Positions 23,544-24,930 of a stretch of DNA of 24,930 nucleotides are shown here, piece by piece. A model generated the notes under the pieces. The model was not told where the DNA came from, did not search any database, and worked only from the letters and a program-made list of their open reading frames with translations. The position numbers and the translations under genes were made by a program. Origin of the DNA: a virus (lineage: Duplodnaviria; Caudoviricetes); IMG/VR virus record IMGVR_UViG_3300017747_004829, positions 1 through 24,930 of that record; one strand, written 5' to 3'. The number at the start of each line of letters is the position of its first letter. Position 1 is the stretch's first letter.

Positions 23544-24815
23544 ATGCCAGCTGCTAGAAAACCCATACCTAAATCACAAAAACAGATCTCAAATGATCAG
23601 GTAGAACCATATATTTTTCCTGAAACAAATGAATCGTTAGGTAACCCTAACATACCATCTAATTTTAATCAATTTACTCCTGTAAATCAAAGTGGAATCG
23701 ATTTCAATCGTTCACTTCAAATGTCATTTAAGGGTGATTCGGTTAAACCATTTACAATAGGTCTACAAGATATTGATGAATCTATAATGTTTTATTTTCA
23801 AAATGTTATACGCCCATTTGTTTATCAAAATGGTGTTAGAATAGAGGTACCTATTATATATGGCTCCCCAGAGAAATGGAAATCAGTACAAAAAGACGGC
23901 TACTACAAGGATAAAAATGGTGCTATTATGTCTCCTTTAATTATGTTTAAAAGAGATACGATGGATAAAAACCGTTCCTTGACAAATAAAATAGATGCTA
24001 ATACACCCCATTTATATACATCTTGGAAAAAAACATACAATCCCAAAAATGCATATTCTAATTTTAGTGTATTAACAAATCGTATTCCCGTAGATCAATT
24101 CGTAGTAAATGTTGTACCGGACTATGTTAATTTAACATATAGTTGTGTTATTCAAACATATTATGTTGAACAATTAAATAAAATTATTGAGGCAGTTAAC
24201 TATGCCTCTGATTCATATTGGGGTGATCCTGAACGCTTTAAATTTAAAGCATCAATTGATTCATATTCTACGGTAGTAGAAATGTCGGATAACTCAAATC
24301 GTATTGTAAAAGGAACATTTACCATCAAGTTATTTGGTTATATGATCCCCGATACAGTACAAAAAGAGGTAACAGCTCTAAAAAAATATAATAGTAAAGC
24401 ACAAGTTATAATTGGATTAGAAACCGTAAATGGTATATCCGAATTTGTATCTTCAGGTAAAAAAGCAACTTCCCCAGTTATTATCCCATCCGGTGGAGGT
24501 GGTGGAGGTGGTGGAGGTACTATAACTCTAGCAACTATAGCGTATTTAAATACAAATGTACAACAATTAGGTACTTTTGTTAATACTACAACTGTAACAT
24601 TTGCTAGTGGATGGTTAGCAGCTCCAACAGGTTTACCTGCAACTTCTATTAATAATTTCACCATTTTTGTTAATGGACAATTAATAGAAAAAACCGCTAT
24701 TGTATCTTTTACAGAAAGTGGAAATATAACAACATTAGTAATTAATGAAAGTGAATTGGGGTTTGGATTTGACTCTAATGACGAGGTTATTGCAATTGGG
24801 AAATTTAATAGTTAA
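23544..24815 (+). CDS. Tail terminator / sheath stabiliser (T4 gp15-like) with poly-Gly linker and extra C-terminal domain
   Basis: VPIIYGSPEKW, PLIMFKR, PDYVNLTY...QLNKIIE, FTIKLFGYMIP; synteny after gp13/gp14-like genes. Confidence 0.7.
   Translation: MPAARKPIPKSQKQISNDQVEPYIFPETNESLGNPNIPSNFNQFTPVNQSGIDFNRSLQMSFKGDSVKPFTIGLQDIDESIMFYFQNVIRPFVYQNGVRIEVPIIYGSPEKWKSVQKDGYYKDKNGAIMSPLIMFKRDTMDKNRSLTNKIDANTPHLYTSWKKTYNPKNAYSNFSVLTNRIPVDQFVVNVVPDYVNLTYSCVIQTYYVEQLNKIIEAVNYASDSYWGDPERFKFKASIDSYSTVVEMSDNSNRIVKGTFTIKLFGYMIPDTVQKEVTALKKYNSKAQVIIGLETVNGISEFVSSGKKATSPVIIPSGGGGGGGGGTITLATIAYLNTNVQQLGTFVNTTTVTFASGWLAAPTGLPATSINNFTIFVNGQLIEKTAIVSFTESGNITTLVINESELGFGFDSNDEVIAIGKFNS
24492..24518 (+). repeat. 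(GGTGGAGGT)x3 encoding Gly9
   Basis: Perfect 9-bp triple tandem repeat. Confidence 0.9.
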
Positions 24816-24819
24816 CGTT

Positions 24820-24829
24820 TAATATTTAT
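24820..24829 (+). promoter_or_regulatory. Putative late promoter motif TAATATTTAT
   Basis: Exact 10-mer 6 nt upstream of ATG 24836. Confidence 0.65.
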
Positions 24830-24835
24830 ATCAAA

Positions 24836-24930
24836 ATGGCAAAAGCAAAAGGACAATCAACAGCTACTTTTTTAAGCAAACCACCTAAAAAAAGACCAGG
24901 GGTTCATGCAAAATCAAAAACTAGTAAAAG
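24836..24930 (+). CDS. Small basic protein, 5' part (runs off the window)
   Basis: MAKAKGQSTATFLSKPPKKRPGVHAKSKTSK..., open to the window end and preceded by the promoter motif. Confidence 0.7.
   Translation, partial: MAKAKGQSTATFLSKPPKKRPGVHAKSKTSK

Noticed and set aside
1-24930. tRNA genes, CRISPR arrays, IS elements or integrase
   Set aside because: No cloverleaf, repeat-spacer array or transposase/integrase motif seen; intergenic gaps are short and otherwise explained.

Overview
AT-rich, gene-dense segment of a large T4-like (myovirus-type) phage genome. All credible genes lie on the + strand in standard code 11, and many are translationally coupled (TAATG/ATGA overlaps). The right two-thirds is a head morphogenesis module: large terminase, portal, three unknown genes, gp21-like prohead protease, acidic scaffold, major capsid protein, PhoH, and gp13/gp14/gp15-like neck and tail-terminator proteins. 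The left third is a run of small, mutually unrelated proteins, interrupted by an FAD-oxidoreductase plus NMP-kinase-like island and followed by an overlapping spanin-like membrane pair. The host is probably Bacteroidota, inferred from A-rich leaders without Shine-Dalgarno sites, an Hc1/histone-H1-like gene, a Q-rule signal peptide and a TTTG-N20-TATATT promoter-like site. Most notable: (1) a short shared N-terminal leader (LxxLI[KR]E / KLxDILKE) plus many [ILV]xE sites on about 10 unrelated proteins, suggesting a capsid-targeting, protease-released cargo system carrying a nuclease, a HAD nucleotidase, a HiPIP-like protein and a histone-like protein; (2) a recurring TAATATTTAT late-promoter candidate whose core is the reverse complement of the T4 late promoter; (3) a preQ1-I-like pseudoknot candidate plus terminator before the oxidoreductase; (4) a three-hairpin leader before the scaffold/MCP genes. 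All family calls are from motif recognition by eye; no database searches were run.
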